A stretch of 64,000 bases of DNA from Azolla caroliniana (lineage: Eukaryota > Plantae > Polypodiophyta): assembly GCA_043228905.1 (NCBI GenBank), contig JBHGNT010000013.1, positions 2,170,001 to 2,234,000 of the forward strand. The letters are read 5' to 3'. Positions within the stretch are counted from its first letter, which is position 1; every line of letters begins with the position of its first letter. A model generated the notes under the pieces. The model was not told the DNA's origin, made no database searches, and saw only the letters and a list, made by a program, of their open reading frames with translations. Of the stretch, positions 11,159 to 24,869 are shown one piece after another. Position numbers and translations under genes: made by a program.

Positions 11159-12809
11159 ATTGATGATAATGTGATAATGATTTTGTTTAATATTTATGTC
11201 TTTATACATCACTTTACTCTAAACTCCTTTCTACGTATTAATTTCAAAAGAGCCCCTTTTCTACGTTCTACATTTATTGCATACATTGATAGAGATTTAT
11301 ATAAATCCTATTCATTACAGCTTGATGAACAACCAATAATACATCTAGGCTATTTAAGATTTAGTTTTGGCTGAGTAAGGACCTTACGGTTTGGTAAGGT
11401 TATGTTTTACGCATTTTAAGACATACTAGAACCTTGCTAATGATTAGACAATGTAAGAAATAGTGAGTATTTCCTTCCGATTGAAATGTGCAAGAAAAGA
11501 ATTTATTTGTCATTGCGTATTTAGGATTGATACACAAGATAAACCCAATCACTACTCTCCAAATAAAGATATTTGCTTGAAATTCTAGAACTTACACTAT
11601 AGGATATTCCCCCACCCACGGTGAGTTTTGATTACATGCCAAATTTCATTCAACCTTGAAGTGATCCCATGGAGTAACAATGCCAAATAAATCTTAGCGG
11701 TTACTTGAAATTTTGAGATCTTCCTTGTAAACACCAATCTAAGCACTATTGCTCTTCTATCCACATATTTAAGTGGCCCTACCTTAATGATAGAGTTTGC
11801 AACTCTAATCAATTAAACGTACATGTTGGTGTAATGCACAGTAAACATATTGCATCATGTAACTAGGAGTTACGTTTCACTTTACGAGATGGGAATACCC
11901 ACTTGGATAAAGAAAAGACTTCTTGCCAATACCTTATCAATGTTTAAGGGTATGTAGAGTAGGGAACTTTACGGGGATTAGTTCTATTGAGTATTGACCT
12001 TTACACCACCCCTTAATTATAATACTCAATCAAATGTTGTAGAAGAATACACAAGAATTTTGATTGCAAACACATGTCTTGCTACAACGAAAATTGATAA
12101 ACCATCAACCTCGCTTGCTTGGTGATTAGTTTTCTCTCTACAACATCTTATTATCCTTTGATTACCTTGGATTGAATCACACAACCCGATGATAGATGGC
12201 AAATTTAGTCCATTATGCTCTCATCAACATGTTGTCAGTTTGTAACTAATTCCTCTCATCTAGGAGTCGATGCCCTTCCTTATATAGGCCTAGTATGAGA
12301 AACTTCAATGTCTACTCCAACGTTCATTCTTGCTCCAACCACAACTTTTACTCCAAGAGTTGGCTCTGTCCCGCTTCGGTTACAACATCCAATTTGTTAG
12401 CTAACTCTATCTTTCATCACACTAGTTCGGCCATGACATTTATTACTCTAGTGACGAAGAGTGCATATGTGTCTATCCTTGATTCCAGGAGGGTCGATGT
12501 GTACACGTGTTATTGACCACTCCCTATAATCATCCTACTTTTATTACGAGTGTAGTTACGTCATACTGAGTTGTTGTGGGTTAATTCACGTTAGAAAGAG
12601 GGAGAGGATTGAAGACATTCAACTCTACGACACTCTCTTTCTAACCTTCTCTTGAATTATTATTTTCATCTTTTACTTATATAGAATAAAACTTCGGTTA
12701 AACGTGCCATTCAATTAAACGTGCTTTTTTTTGAAGGCCAAAATCTAGATAAAAAAATAGCATTGTTTCATTAAAAAATTACTTCAATCCAAATCAAAAC
12801 TATATTCCA

Positions 12810-14050
12810 AACATTCAATTTAATACAGTCATTCTTCTCTTATCATTTCATTCCTCTCTTCTTGTGATCTCGTTATATCTTTCTTCTATCACTCTGTCTT
12901 CTATCTTGGTTCTGACCGTTTGATTCGAATTCCTCTCTCTCCTTTATCCTCCTCTATAAACATCACGAAACCATGGCTGCCATTAACTCAAAAGAATATC
13001 TCACCCTTGTTGTTGAAATGGAGAAACTTAAATCCAAGTTCGCATCTCCTGAATTAGAGAATCAACGTCTTCTTGGAGATCTACAAAAGGTTACTGTGGA
13101 GAAGCAACAACAACAAGAGGAGTTTACGCGACGGGTGCAAGAACTAGAGACAACAATCATAATTTTACAACAACAAAGGGGCGGAGGTCAAGGAATTATC
13201 AAGGAGCCCAAAATCAGCCTTCCCGTTAAATTTGATGGTTCGAGGGCGCATTTCCGAGGTTTCTTGAATCAAGTGCGGTTCGTAATTCAAATGCATCCCA
13301 CGTGTTATCCGATAGATGCATCTCGAGTTGGGTTAGTGGGAACCTTATTGACTGGCATAGCGTTGTTGTGGTTTGCTCCATTATTAGAAACAAATTCTCT
13401 TCTACTCCATAATTTCGAAGAATTTGTCAAAGAATTTAAGGCTTGCTTTGGAGATACGGATGGGGCAAGAACCACGATCAACAAGATTTGTACACTACGT
13501 CAAGGTGATCAGCCAACATCAACATATGCAACCAATTTTTGGCTCATCGCGAGCGATATTTCTTGGGACGAACAAGCCCTAATTGAGCAGTTTCGTTCCG
13601 GTGTTCTTAGCAATGTAAATGAATGACTTCTTACATTCCCCGAGGATCCACAATATCTTACTAAAGCTATTAGTCGAGCAATACGGTGCGATAATCGTCT
13701 TTTTGAGCGTCGATGTGAAGGACAACAAATAACAAGATCAAGATTCACACCAACTTATGCTCTGTCTCGATAATCATATCTCACACTTCGGGGTGGAATT
13801 CCGGCTTTGAGAATCAGAAGCAAATTCTCCTAGGACCATCAAAGCCTGAAGCAACAACAGTTTATGCCACTCCGCTTGAATCAAGCCTTGTGGATATTAT
13901 TCGGCAACGTCTTCATTCTGATGATTTCGCTCAGGATGTCTTACCCCACATTAGGCCAGGCCATGCATCTTGCTTGACTTTGCAAGGGTTATCTCAACAC
14001 TATCAGGAATTCAAATGCCATGATGTCTTACTCTTTTACAACAATCTCCT
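12810..14050 (+). mobile_element. 5' part of Tcn1-like Gypsy (family H): LTR remnant, gag pseudogene and deleted pol remnant
   Basis: gag 12973-13626 (KFDGSRAHFRGFLNQV...WFAPLLE) with a premature stop; a large deletion; then pre-integrase sequence ending LLFYNNLL at the insertion point. Confidence 0.85.
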
Positions 14051-15498
14051 TGTGAAAGTTCCTTGTGAAAGTTAGCGTGTGGAAGCATATGCCATGTTGG
14101 CCGGTCAGAAGAGCAAGGACAAGTGGGAAGGCGGAATCGGATCGGATGATAGGAAGTAAATAATAGTAGAATTATTATTCGGAGGGACGGATTCGGTACA
14201 GTTGTACCAATCCGGATCCGAACCGATTCGGATGTCGGTTGCCTAAGCGCACCGATTGTAACCTTGCCGGATGCCTATAAAAGGATCCGATGATTTGTAA
14301 AGTGTTGGGACGGTAGTAATACAATAGTATTTAATGTGTATTTATCTGTATCTCGTAATACACTTGAGGCGGAGTCGGAAAGCGACGGAAGCGTTGCATC
14401 CCGGTATAAAAGCAGCCACGACACACCAAACGACCGGGAGGACGAGGGGTCGGAAGACTCAGTAACACCGGCGCCAGAGGAAGAAATAACCCTGGATTTC
14501 GGTGACCGGCAACCACCGAGGAAGGCTGACCGGATACCGACAACAACCGCAAGGGAACCGAAGGAGCGGATACCGACAACACCCGCGGAGGAACCAACGG
14601 ACCGGACACCGACAACACCCGCGGGGGAACCAAAGGTTCTCACACCAACGCCAATAGCGGACAGAGAGCGGAGGAAACAGGAGAGTCAGTTGGAAGACAC
14701 GATGCCGTACCCATACCCAAAGTACCGGGATGATGCCGACGCGGAGGCACACGTGTACGCATTCCTCCAAACATGGGAAGCCAACCATATCTTCCAAAGA
14801 CTGACGGAGCCCGAAGCCGAACGATCTAAAATCGCCGAATTCGGCATAACCTTAGAAGGACTGGCGGCCCAATGGCACGCAAAGCACTTACCAGGCACCT
14901 TTGCCACATTCGATGCCTTGAAAGCCAGATTCCTCAGGTTTTTTCACAGACAATTTGAGCAAAGGGAATTGGTCGGGCAGTTCTACACCACCCGGCAGGA
15001 AGAGAACGAGACTATGCCACAATTCATCATTCGGTTCCAGACCCTGCACAACCAACTGACAAGAGCACCACCCGAAGACGAAGCCAAAGCAGTCTTTCTG
15101 GCCGCACTGAAAGAGCCACTTCGAACAATGTGCGGAGTCCTTGATTTCCAAACCAGCACAATGGACCAAGTTATTGATCGGGTTTTAGAAATGGACAAGA
15201 CTAGCCCCTTCTTGTCGATGGGGATGTTACACCGGGCACTCCCAAAGGAGGAAGACCTGAGGTTCCGACAGGCCTTACAATGCACAACATGCCTAAATTC
15301 GGGGCACTCAACAGTGGACTGCACCCTGCGGACACAATGTGTGATCTGCAACTCTCGAGCCCATACAACGGACCGATGCGAATATAACCTGTTAAATCGG
15401 CAGGCAGCACCGGTTCGACACATAGAACCGCGCAATTAGAACCCGGACGAGGATCGATTCCGGAGAGACGACCGCTACCAACGCGAACGCGGTAACAG

Positions 15499-15750
15499 AT
15501 ACGCTGATAGAAGACGCGACAACTATGACCGAGAGGAGAGACGCAGAGATAGCTACCCCCGGGACCGGTACGACAGAGACGAATCCCCGGAAGACGACCG
15601 ACGCAGAGAAGAGAGGCGACAAGGATACGCTGACACAAGACGCGACAACTATGACCGAGAGGAGAGACGCAAAGATAGCTACCCCCGGGACCGGTACGAC
15701 CGAGACGAAGCCCCGGAATACGACCGACGCAGAGAAGAGAGGCGACAAGG
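15499..15750 (+). repeat. 126-bp tandem duplication encoding an R/D-rich gag spacer
   Basis: ATACGCTGA...GGCGACAAGG unit starts at 15499 and 15625; also present at ~57801-58052. Confidence 0.85.
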
Positions 15751-18700
15751 GAACCGAAATTTCCGACGGAATCAGAAGCGTGGATTTTTCCGAAGAGAGG
15801 AACGTCGGGAGGCAGCAAGGAATGACAACCCGGTATCGGTACTGGATAACCGAAAAACCGAAGACGACCGCCGGAGCATACCCACCCTCCAAACCGGGGA
15901 CAAAGCAGAAACGAGCAACAGTCACAAGGTGTACTGTTATTACTGCCGGAAGGAAGGCCACTATAGTAACCAATGCCCAAGCAAAAGCTATGACAAGCAG
16001 CCGGAAGTCAACATGGTTACAGCCGAAATAACAGAAGTACAACAGGTCACAACCCGGTCAAAGGGAAAGACCGCCGAGTGGGAATCCCAGGAGGCAATCA
16101 GAAAACAAGTGACACAAAGGATCAAGGAGGCCAATGAACAGAATGCGGCAGAAGTAAGAGACCAAAATATGCCAAAAGAAAAAGAAATCATATAGGCAGG
16201 AGAAAACCCGACGTGGCAAGTGCTACAGGACTGTCAAATCGTGCTTCCGTTAGCACGACTACTACAGTTAGTGCCACGATTTACGGCAGACCTACATGCA
16301 TCTGTCAGCAAACCGAAGCCGACACCAGCACCGGCATTCTTCTCCAACCCGGAGGAAGGACCAGCGGTGGTCGATACAAGTAGCCCGGCGATCACGGCAA
16401 TCGTGAAAGGAAAGGAAATTGCTGGAACGATTATTGACGGAGGCTCCGGGGTAAATGTCATCAGCCAACAGACATGCACCGACCTGGGCATCCGGGAATG
16501 GGAACCATGCCTCTTCTGGTTACGCATGGCGGATACTAGCTCAGTCCGATCGACCGGGCTTATCTGGGACTTGGAAATAACGATCGGAGGCCACGTATTC
16601 CGGATATCGGCCGTGGTGCTGTAGCTGAATGTACAAGGCGTGTACCCCCTACTGCTAGGACGACCATGGCTGCGAACGGCGCATATCAAGCAGAACTGGC
16701 AAAAGAACATGATCACATTCCGGCGAGGGAAAACAAAGGTACGAGTAACGACGCAACCACGGGTGAACACCAGTAAGGAAGCAACTCCATTGTATGCGGA
16801 AAGCATTAACATGTTGGAGGGATTACCGGACGAGGAAGTCGAGCGGTACCTCGAGGAACACCCACAAATCGTCCCACTATTTGAGGTGGATATCACGGCG
16901 GCAGTAGAACCGTACATTACGACCCCGGAAGAACCGGACCAAGCGGCGATCCGGGAACTGCGACAAGCGCAGGAATCCCTAGAGAGGGAAATGACGATAT
17001 CCCAGAGGGTAAAAGCATCCCAACTAGAGGAGGTGGACCTCGGCACAGCAGACAAGCCCCGACCGGTAAATGTTGCAAAGGAATTTCCGAAGGAAGAAAA
17101 GAAGGCAATGGTAGCATTGTTAACAGACTTCAAGGATGTGTTTGCGTGGTCGTACGAAGACATGCGAGGGCTGGACCCCCAGCTCTATCAGCACCAAATT
17201 CACCTAAGTACGGATGCGAAACCAATTGCTCAACGCAAGTACCGGATGAATCCGAATTATGCGGCAAAGGTGAAGGAGGAAATTGATAAGCTCCTCCGGG
17301 TCGGATTTATCCGACCGGTCAAGTAGGCAACCTGGCTAAGTCCGATAGTGGTGGTCCCGAAAAAGAACGGCAAAATCCGGGTATGCGTGGACTACCGAAA
17401 ACTAAATGCCGCAACAGTGACCGATGCGTTTCCACTACCATTTACGGACGGGGTGTTAGATGCGGTAGCCGGGCACGAAGTTTACAGCTTCCTGGATGGA
17501 TTTAGCGGCTACAACCAAATACGAATGAACCCGGCCGACCAAGAGAAGACAGCGTTCGTGACGGAATGGGGAGTGTTCGTCGCGGTCGTGATGATGTTCG
17601 GACTAAAGACGGCTCCAGCAACCTTTCAAAGGATAATAATGGAAATTTTCGGGGAATATATCCCCGGTTTTATGCTGGTCTTCCTTGACGATTTCGCGGT
17701 CTACAGCCGGCACGGAGAGCATCTCGATCACCTCCGGTTGTGCTTGGAGAAGTGCCGCGAGTACCGATTGAGCCTGAATCCGGCCAAATGCGTCTTTGGA
17801 GTGGCAAGCGGCAACTTGCTAGGGCACGTGGTGAGTAAGGAAGGAATCGCGGTAGATCCGGATAAAGTCAAGGCGATTCTCGATGCACCAGCACCAAGTA
17901 GCGCAAAGGCTTTAAGCCGGTTCCTGGGCCAAATAAGGTGGCATAGCCGGATGATACGGCACCTCGCGGACTTCGCTACACCATTACATACCGCCGTACA
18001 TAGGGTACCCTTCCTATGGGCAGAGACGGAAGAGGAATCCTACAAAGCGTTGAAGGTTATGCTGTCGCAAGCTCCGGTGGTGCAACCGCCGGATTGGAGT
18101 AAAAGCTTTCACGTCTTCGTCGACGCGTCGGACGTAGCAATCGGCAGCGTTCTGATGCAACTCACAGAGCCGAAATGGTACCGACCGGTGTACTACGCAA
18201 GCCGGAAACTCTCAAAAGCCGAACGGAATTATTCTACGACGGAACGCGAGGCATTGGGAATGGTGTATAGTGTCACAAAGTACAGGCACTATCTGCTCGG
18301 AAGGAAGTTTTCCTTCCATGTTGACCATTCGGCACTACTCTACCTGGTCTCGAAGGCATCCCTGACGGGAAAAATTGCACGGTGGACACTGCTACTACAG
18401 GAATTTGAATTCGACATTTTCCACCGACCCGGGGCGCAGCATGCGGTAGCGGACTATCTAAGCAGACTCGAATCCGGAGAAGCAGGGGACGGCGTCCAGG
18501 ATGAGTTTCCCGACGCCGAATTGTTCCGGATCACGACGAAACCGGCAACGGATACAACGGTAGCCGATGAAGACACATGGCTAACTGAGATGCATCAGTT
18601 CCTGAGCACCGGAGTTCCCCCGGAGAACATGGACCGCAATGAAAGGAAAAGGGTAGTAGTAAGAAGTAGACATTTCTGCTTGGTTGGAGACACCCTCTAT

Positions 18701-19877
18701 CACAAGGGGGCAGATGGCATCTGGAGACGAGCAGTGCGGAGTGATGAGAAGGATCTAATCCTCAGGGAAGCCCATTGTGGAATTGCCGGCGGGCATTATG
18801 CCGGCGACGCAACCGCTCGGAAAATATGGCAGAGCGGACTGTGGTGGCCGACCACCCTAAAAGATGCCGTGAAGAATAGCAGAGAATGCGATTTGTGTCA
18901 ACGACTGGGCCAACCCACAGAGCAGGCCCGGATGCCACACCACCCGGTCTTGCCCTTAGAACCGTTTCAAAAGTGGGGGTTGGACTTTGTCGGTCCCTTC
19001 AAACCACCGGCAATGCGAACCGGAAATCGGTATGTCATAGTGGCGACCGACTATTGCACCAAATGGGTAGAAGCAAAGGCCTTACGGGACAACACGGCCG
19101 CGTCCACGGCAAAGTTTCTGTACGAATGCATATGGTGCCAGTATGGATGCCCAATCGAGCTTATAAGTGACCAAGGAGGACATTTTCTCGGGTAGGTAGT
19201 AGAAAGCCTGACGTCATTTTACGCGGTGGTACATAAAAAGAGTACACCCTACTACCCTCAAGCCAATGGACTAGCGGAATCAACGAACAAAACTCTGCAG
19301 AACAAAACTCTACGGAAAATCGTCAACGAGAACCGGACCGACTGGGATACCAAATTGCAAAGCGCGCTATGGGCGTACCGAACAACGTACAAAACCAGCA
19401 TCCGGACAACCCCGTTCCGACTAGCATTCGGGTTAGAAGCGGTCATGCCGGTAGAGTTCCAGATGCCCAGCTTACGGATTCAGGTGAAGGAACGCTTAAG
19501 TGAGAATGAGTCCGAACGAATCCGGCTGGCAACGCTGTTGGAATTAGAGGAAAACCGAATAGCCAGCTTACTACAACTCGAATTGGAGCAAAGGAGGAGA
19601 AAAGCCTTCGTGGACCAACACCGGTGTGGCAATGAAAAGGAGTTCGAAGTCGGGAAACCGGTGCTACTATTCCAAACACGGATGGGGAACATGCCGGGAA
19701 AGTTGCGGTTTCGATGGACCGGACCGTTCTGGATCACCAAGGAGTACAATGGGTCGTATCAGCTTGGCACGTTGTCTGGAGATGTCATCGGCAAGTGGGC
19801 AAATGGATTTCGGCTAAAGCCGTATAAGGGAAATATGCCAGCCAACCCGTTCAAGCGAAACCCGGAAATCCGGCAAG

Positions 19878-19985
19878 ATGAGGAACCGACACCGACAGAC
19901 GCTGCTGAAGATATTCGGACCGAGGAAGAACCGACACCGACAGACGCTACTGAAGATATTCGGACCGAGGAAGAACCGACACCGA
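19878..19985 (+). repeat. 45-bp tandem repeat in the integrase C-terminal tail
   Basis: Encodes EEPTPTDA(A/T)EDIRT about 2.4 times; also at ~62177-62284. Confidence 0.85.
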
Positions 19986-20111
19986 TACTGACGAAGACTA
20001 TCCCGGAAAACCGACAGAAGGATCTGGTATCCACACGAACCGACCCGAACAAATCGAATACAGAGCACATTTATACAAGTCCATAAAGGACTGACAAAAA
20101 TACTGATGGGT

Positions 20112-20640
20112 ACTTCGTCCAAGCATCGAATACAAGGTTCTTGGCGAGCTGTATGCTGCTTATGTTGTCACAATAAATCAAGATTGGGCTCAGCACCGCG
20201 ATCAAGAGGTCTCAGAGGAGTTGCCAACGCTAGATGGCTTCACAGGTGGCGATGGTAGCACCCGGGTATTCAGCCTTAGTGCTCGATAGAGCCTCTCTTG
20301 GCTGCTTTTTGCTGCTCCATGCAACAACCGCCCTACCAAGAGACAACATGTAACCGGAGGTGGATTCGCGATCTGAAGCATCACCAGCCCAGTCGGCATT
20401 GGTATATCTGACTAGCTTCCCAACGATACCATGTTGGTATAATAGTCCCCGGTCCTTCATGCCGCTAACATACAAGAGTATCTAGTGTGCGCACTAAAGG
20501 TGCTCGACGGTCAGCTTTTGCATGAACTGGTTGATCACTCCGACCGGGTAATTGATGTTCGGTCGAGTGATTGCCAAGTATATGAGGGTTCCGACAATTA
20601 ATCGGAACTGTTTCTCATCGCAAGCCGGACCGGAGTCAGG
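20112..20640 (-). mobile_element. Copia RT-end/RNase H fragment (possibly Bryco-like)
   Basis: YTNADWAGD...STSGYM...WSSKKQ...ALSSTKAEY; homologous to 22490-22825 and 34815-35345. Confidence 0.85.
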
Positions 20641-21264
20641 ATGAGGAGTACCTGGCTACGAAGAGCCGGATGGTGTAGACCCGGTATGAACCGGATGAGG
20701 AATACCCGGCTACGGAGAGCCGGATGATACAGACCCGGTATGAAACGGATGAGGAGTACCCAGCTACGGAGAGCCGGATGGTACAGACCCGGTATGAACC
20801 GGATGAAGAGACATATTCGTAAATATGTTTCTGAGAGTCCATCGAGGCTATATTTGTAAATAGCCGAAAAGTCATATTAGTATAAATATGACTTAGCGCA
20901 AACTTTTAAGATGAGTTGTAGTTGTTATTTTCTTGTTGGTGCAAGAAGAGAGAGCGTGTAACAGTGTACAGGTTGAGAGAGAGAGAGAACGAGGTCGTTG
21001 CCTCTGTTGTAACCACCGCCTGTGGCGAAGATCGTGAGCACGAGGTCGTTGCCTCCGTGAACTCACTATTTGTACATTCCAATATAGTGATAGTTTGCAG
21101 CCTGTGGGCTGCCGTGGTTTTTCCCTCAGTTTGGGTTTTCCACGTAAACATCCTATCTACCTTTTCTCTCCTCTGTGTCGTGCATTTGTTTCCCGTTTTC
21201 TGTGTATGATCCTAAGCTCGGTTGTGGCCGAGCGTTGCACAAAGGAAGCATTGAGTTCCCGTCA
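20641..21264 (+). repeat. 5'-truncated Copia LTR with 54-bp U3 tandem repeats
   Basis: Reverse-complement homolog of LTRs 27285-28070 and 32135-32885; ends ...CCCGTCA. Confidence 0.85.
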
Positions 21265-22392
21265 CGATGCTCGAACTCTAGGAATGCTTCCGTTGCACTT
21301 CGGTGGGTCTTCTCCGATGCCACCCATTCATCGAACGCTCGCCGATCTCGTCCCTTCAATCTCTCGTAGTCATATGCCTCTCGTAAAGCTTCTTCAAAGG
21401 ACCCCCATGTTGGGTTTTGTTGCCGTATCTTGTAGATTCTCTCTTGTAACCCATCTGTGACTACCCGGCTGAAGGATATCACTTGCAATTCTTCCGGTAT
21501 CCCACATCGCCTCAACGCTACCTCGTATTTACGTAGATAGCGTGACACATCATTTCCGTTGAATTGTCCGTTTCTTTGCACAAACCACTCTATTGCCGAC
21601 TTTATCTCCGACATCGCACGTTGCTCTTGTTGCAGCCGCTCAATTATCATCATCATTATGGTCATCGCCTCTTGTTGATTCTCCATCTTCTTGCCACCCG
21701 CTTTCACGTCGGGTCACCAAAGGTGTCGTGCCTTTCAGCACCAAATCGTTTCGTGAGTCGGGTGGGAACCGCTGGAGTTTTGGACTAGGAAGAGGAAGAA
21801 TTTGAGACAAGTTTATCGCTATGGATAGATTATTAGAAAGAGGGATAGAAATTTCATCAATCCCAAGAGTGTATTGTATTCGATTAATCAATATTTAGAT
21901 AAGAATATGTATTTAGATTGAAAGAAAGAGATTAAAAAGAACTTGTGAATCCCACAAGTATAGATTATGTCGTGAATCCCACGAATATAGTTTGTTAATT
22001 GGTGTTTAGGAGATATATCCAATTTCCAAATTATCCACACACTTATTACATTGTGCTCCCCATCCTTATATGGTGATGAGAGAGTCTTCACAATCCATGC
22101 TTAAACTTTATGCTTTTCCTATCAATAGACTATATGCTTTATTTAACATGATTTTTCTAAAGTGAACATGCTTTCCCTAATATGTGCGTTTTTTATTGAC
22201 TATAGTGTTCATGCACGCTACATGTGCATGTGTAGCCTTTTCTTTTATCATGCGTTCTTCTAAAGTTTATCCTAACGTGAACTTACGTTTTTATGTGGGA
22301 CATCTACTTTTTAACACTAATGAAATGCTAGTGAAATGGTAAGACATTACATTATTAACATGGAGGTGCAAGGTTCGAATCTTGCCCTATGC
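21265..22392 (-). mobile_element. 5' part of a tRNA-Trp-primed Gypsy derivative (gag start, PBS, LTR)
   Basis: gag-like NGQFNGNDVSRYL; PBS 21704-21719; LTR from 21724; homologous to 33175-34330. Confidence 0.85.
22329..22381 (+). promoter_or_regulatory. tRNA-like Pol III A/B-box module in LTR U3
   Basis: TAGTGAAATGG (22329) and GGTTCGAATC (22372); spacing 43; GCAAG/CTTGC hairpin around the B-box. Confidence 0.7.
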
Positions 22393-22825
22393 GTTCTTCT
22401 CCGGATCTTGAACCGAATCAACTTCCTCCGATTCAATCCAGGTTTTGTCCGAGTTGGTAGTCTCCAACTGGTCTTCCGTTTTTAGGCCCTTCACAGGTGG
22501 CGATGGTAGCACCCGGGTATTCAGCCTCAGTGCTCGATAGAGCCACTCTTGGCTGCTTTTTGCTGCTCCACGCAACAACCGCACTACCAAGAGAAAACAT
22601 GTAACCGGAGGTGGATTCACGATCCGAATTATCACCAGCCCAATCGGCATTGGTATATCCGACTAGCTTCCCAGCAATACCATGTCGGTATAATAGTCCC
22701 TGGTCTTTCGTGCCGCTAACATACAAGAGTATCTAGTGTGCGCACTAAAGGTGCGCAACGGTCAGCTTTTGCATGAACTGGTTGATCACTCAGACCGGGT
22801 AATTGATGTTCGGTCGAGTGATTGG
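22393..22825 (-). mobile_element. Copia RNase H plus C-terminal tail fragment, internally deleted
   Basis: GYTNADWAGD...ALSSTEAEY joined to a tail homologous to 34332-34425. Confidence 0.85.
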
Positions 22826-24869
22826 TGTCATGATATGGCAAGACTCGAACCCATGACCTTATGCTACATGGGTCGAGCTCTTGACCATTAGATTATACAT
22901 TGTAATACATAGAATATTATTTTCATTTATGTTTTATTATAGAAAATTGATGTATATTCCAGATTTGTCTGGAACATTCTAGAAACTTCAGGAGTATTCC
23001 CTAGAACACTATAAAAGGAGGCACAAGGTATTATTTGGAACCAAATCGGTTCAACGCCAGTCTTAAGCGTCCTAGCTACTGTACATTTTCTTCACATAAT
23101 ATATATCTTTTCTTATCATCACTCTCTCTCTCTCTCCCTCTCACTCACTCTTTCCTTCTCTCGAGAGTTCTTCACCTCTCTTAGCACTAACACTTCTTTT
23201 AGTACTAAGTCCTTCTCTGTCTTAGTACTGTTCCTGACAGTCTGAACCGATTTCTCTACCTTCTGTCTCTCTCATTTCTTACTAATCTCTTATTCCTCTT
23301 TTCTTTCATCCCATGGCCACTGTTAGCGCTGAAGAATATCAATCTGTTTTCTCGGAATTTCAATGCTTGAAAGAGAAGTTCCATGCTTTGGAACAAGAAA
23401 ACCAACGGTTGCTGGGGGATCTTCAGCAAATCTCCTTAGAAAAGCAGCAAACGCAACAACAGCATGGGGAACTTGCGTTACGCGTGCAACAACTCGAAGC
23501 AACCATCATAGCGATGCAACAACAAGGGCCCGGAACACAAGGGATTTATAAAGAACCCAAGATTGGCCTTCCCACGAAGTTCGATGGAACGCGATCGCAG
23601 TTTAGAGGGTTCCTTAACCAGGTACGATTAGTTATTCAAATGCATCCTTCCCGGTATCCCACCGATGCATCACGAGTGGGTTTAGTAGGCACTTTGTTTA
23701 GTGGCTCAGCGTTGGCATGGTTCGCTCCACTATTAGAAAAGGAATCTCCGTTACTCAACAATTTTGAAGAGTTTCTAGGTGAGTTTAAAGCATGTTTCGG
23801 AGATACTGACAGCATCAGGACCGCAATAAACAAAATTCAGCGATTACGCCAAGGTGACTGTCCAGCCTTCGCATACGCTGCAGATTTTCGCCTACTCGCC
23901 GCCGATATCCCTTGGGATGATCAAGCGTTGATGGAGCAATTCCGTTATGTTTTACGCAACAACGTGAAGGATTTACTCTTGACCTTCCCCGAAGAGCCAA
24001 AGTCCTTAACAGAAGCAATCACTCGCGCGGTGAGATGTGACAACTGCCTCTTTGAGCGACGTTTGGAACGACACCTACAGATGCTGAGGGCAAGATCAGA
24101 GCCCACCAACGCCTCAGTGGTAGCAAGACCTTTTCCGAGGGAGTCATATAATGCGCCTCCACCGAATACTCCGACTCCGATTGTTTGATCATCTATTTGA
24201 ATGATCTACTGGTTTATTCAAAGACCCAAGAAGAACATGATTCTGATGTACTATTAGTACTAAAACGATTTCGAGAACATGGTCTATATGCAAAGCTGGA
24301 AAAATGCAGTTTCGGGTGCAACCAAGTGGAATTTCTCGGCTACATCATTTCGTCAGACGTCAGAAGGCATCTCCATGGACCCAGCTAAGGTCAAAACGGT
24401 GGTAGAATAGCAGACTCTACGTTCGGTGCGGGATGTGCAATGCTTCCTAGGCTTTGCCAATTTTTACCGGAAGTTCATACAAGATTACTCAAAGATCGTT
24501 CTACCTCTCACACAACTTACCAGGAAGGGACAACCGTTCATTTGGTCTGAAGAAACGGATGTGGCTTTCGAGAGTCTTAAAAAGGCATTTACATCGGCTC
24601 CAATTCTAGCTCATGTCGATCCGGAAAAACCATTCATTATCGAAGCTGACGCATCGGATTTTGCATTGGGGAGCATTGTGTCACAACAGGGGAATGATGA
24701 GAAGCTACATCCTGTGGCTTTTCACTCACGCAAGTTTGATGCCGCCGAAATCAACTACGAAATTCATGATAAGGAGTTATTGGCAATAGTGGATTCTTTT
24801 ATGCAATGGAGGCATTTTTTGAAGGGATCCTCTCATCCGGTCACCGTATTTAGTGACCACAAGAACCTC
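22826..24869 (+). mobile_element. Tcn1-like Gypsy (family B): 5' LTR, gag, and RT/RNase H after a deletion
   Basis: LTR 22826-23239 (TGTCA...TGACA, TATA at 23010); gag 23313-24188; RT/RH remnant IYLND, VEFLGY, IEADASDFALG. Confidence 0.9.
22842..22895 (-). promoter_or_regulatory. tRNA-like Pol III A/B-box module in LTR U3
   Basis: Minus strand TAATCTAATGG (from 22895), AAGGTC, GGTTCGAGTC (from 22851); spacing 44. Confidence 0.7.

Larger units (their letters stand above)
14051..20054 (+). mobile_element. Non-chromoviral Ty3/Gypsy element, copy 1 (partial LTR, gag-PR-RT-RH-INT pseudogene, 3'-truncated)
   Basis: Starts TGTGAAAG. Motifs CYYCRKEGHYSNQC, IDGGSG, FLDGFSGYNQI, FLDD, VDASD, WGLDFVGP. 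In-frame TAG stops end ORFs at 15439, 16195, 16624, 17326 and 19195. Confidence 0.93.

Noticed and set aside
11632-12809. Unassigned AT-rich stretch, duplicated at 54130-55310 and partly at 51500-51926
   Set aside because: No ORF, terminus or RNA structure I can support; probably old TE debris.
12918-12932. Self-priming PBS for family H
   Set aside because: Only degenerate complementarity to the region after the TATA at 37863; too weak to count.
15437-15439. TAG in gag shared by both Gypsy copies (also 57739-57741) as programmed readthrough
   Set aside because: It lies upstream of the second zinc knuckle, fits CAG>TAG, and the two copies are duplicates of one insertion, so sharing is not independent evidence.
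15201-17163. Long antisense ORFs over Gypsy and Copia coding regions
   Set aside because: Shadow frames of GC-rich, repetitive TE coding sequence with no motifs.
22329-22390. LTR modules as true tRNA genes
   Set aside because: Acceptor and anticodon stems do not pair; only box motifs, spacing and sometimes a T-arm-like hairpin remain.
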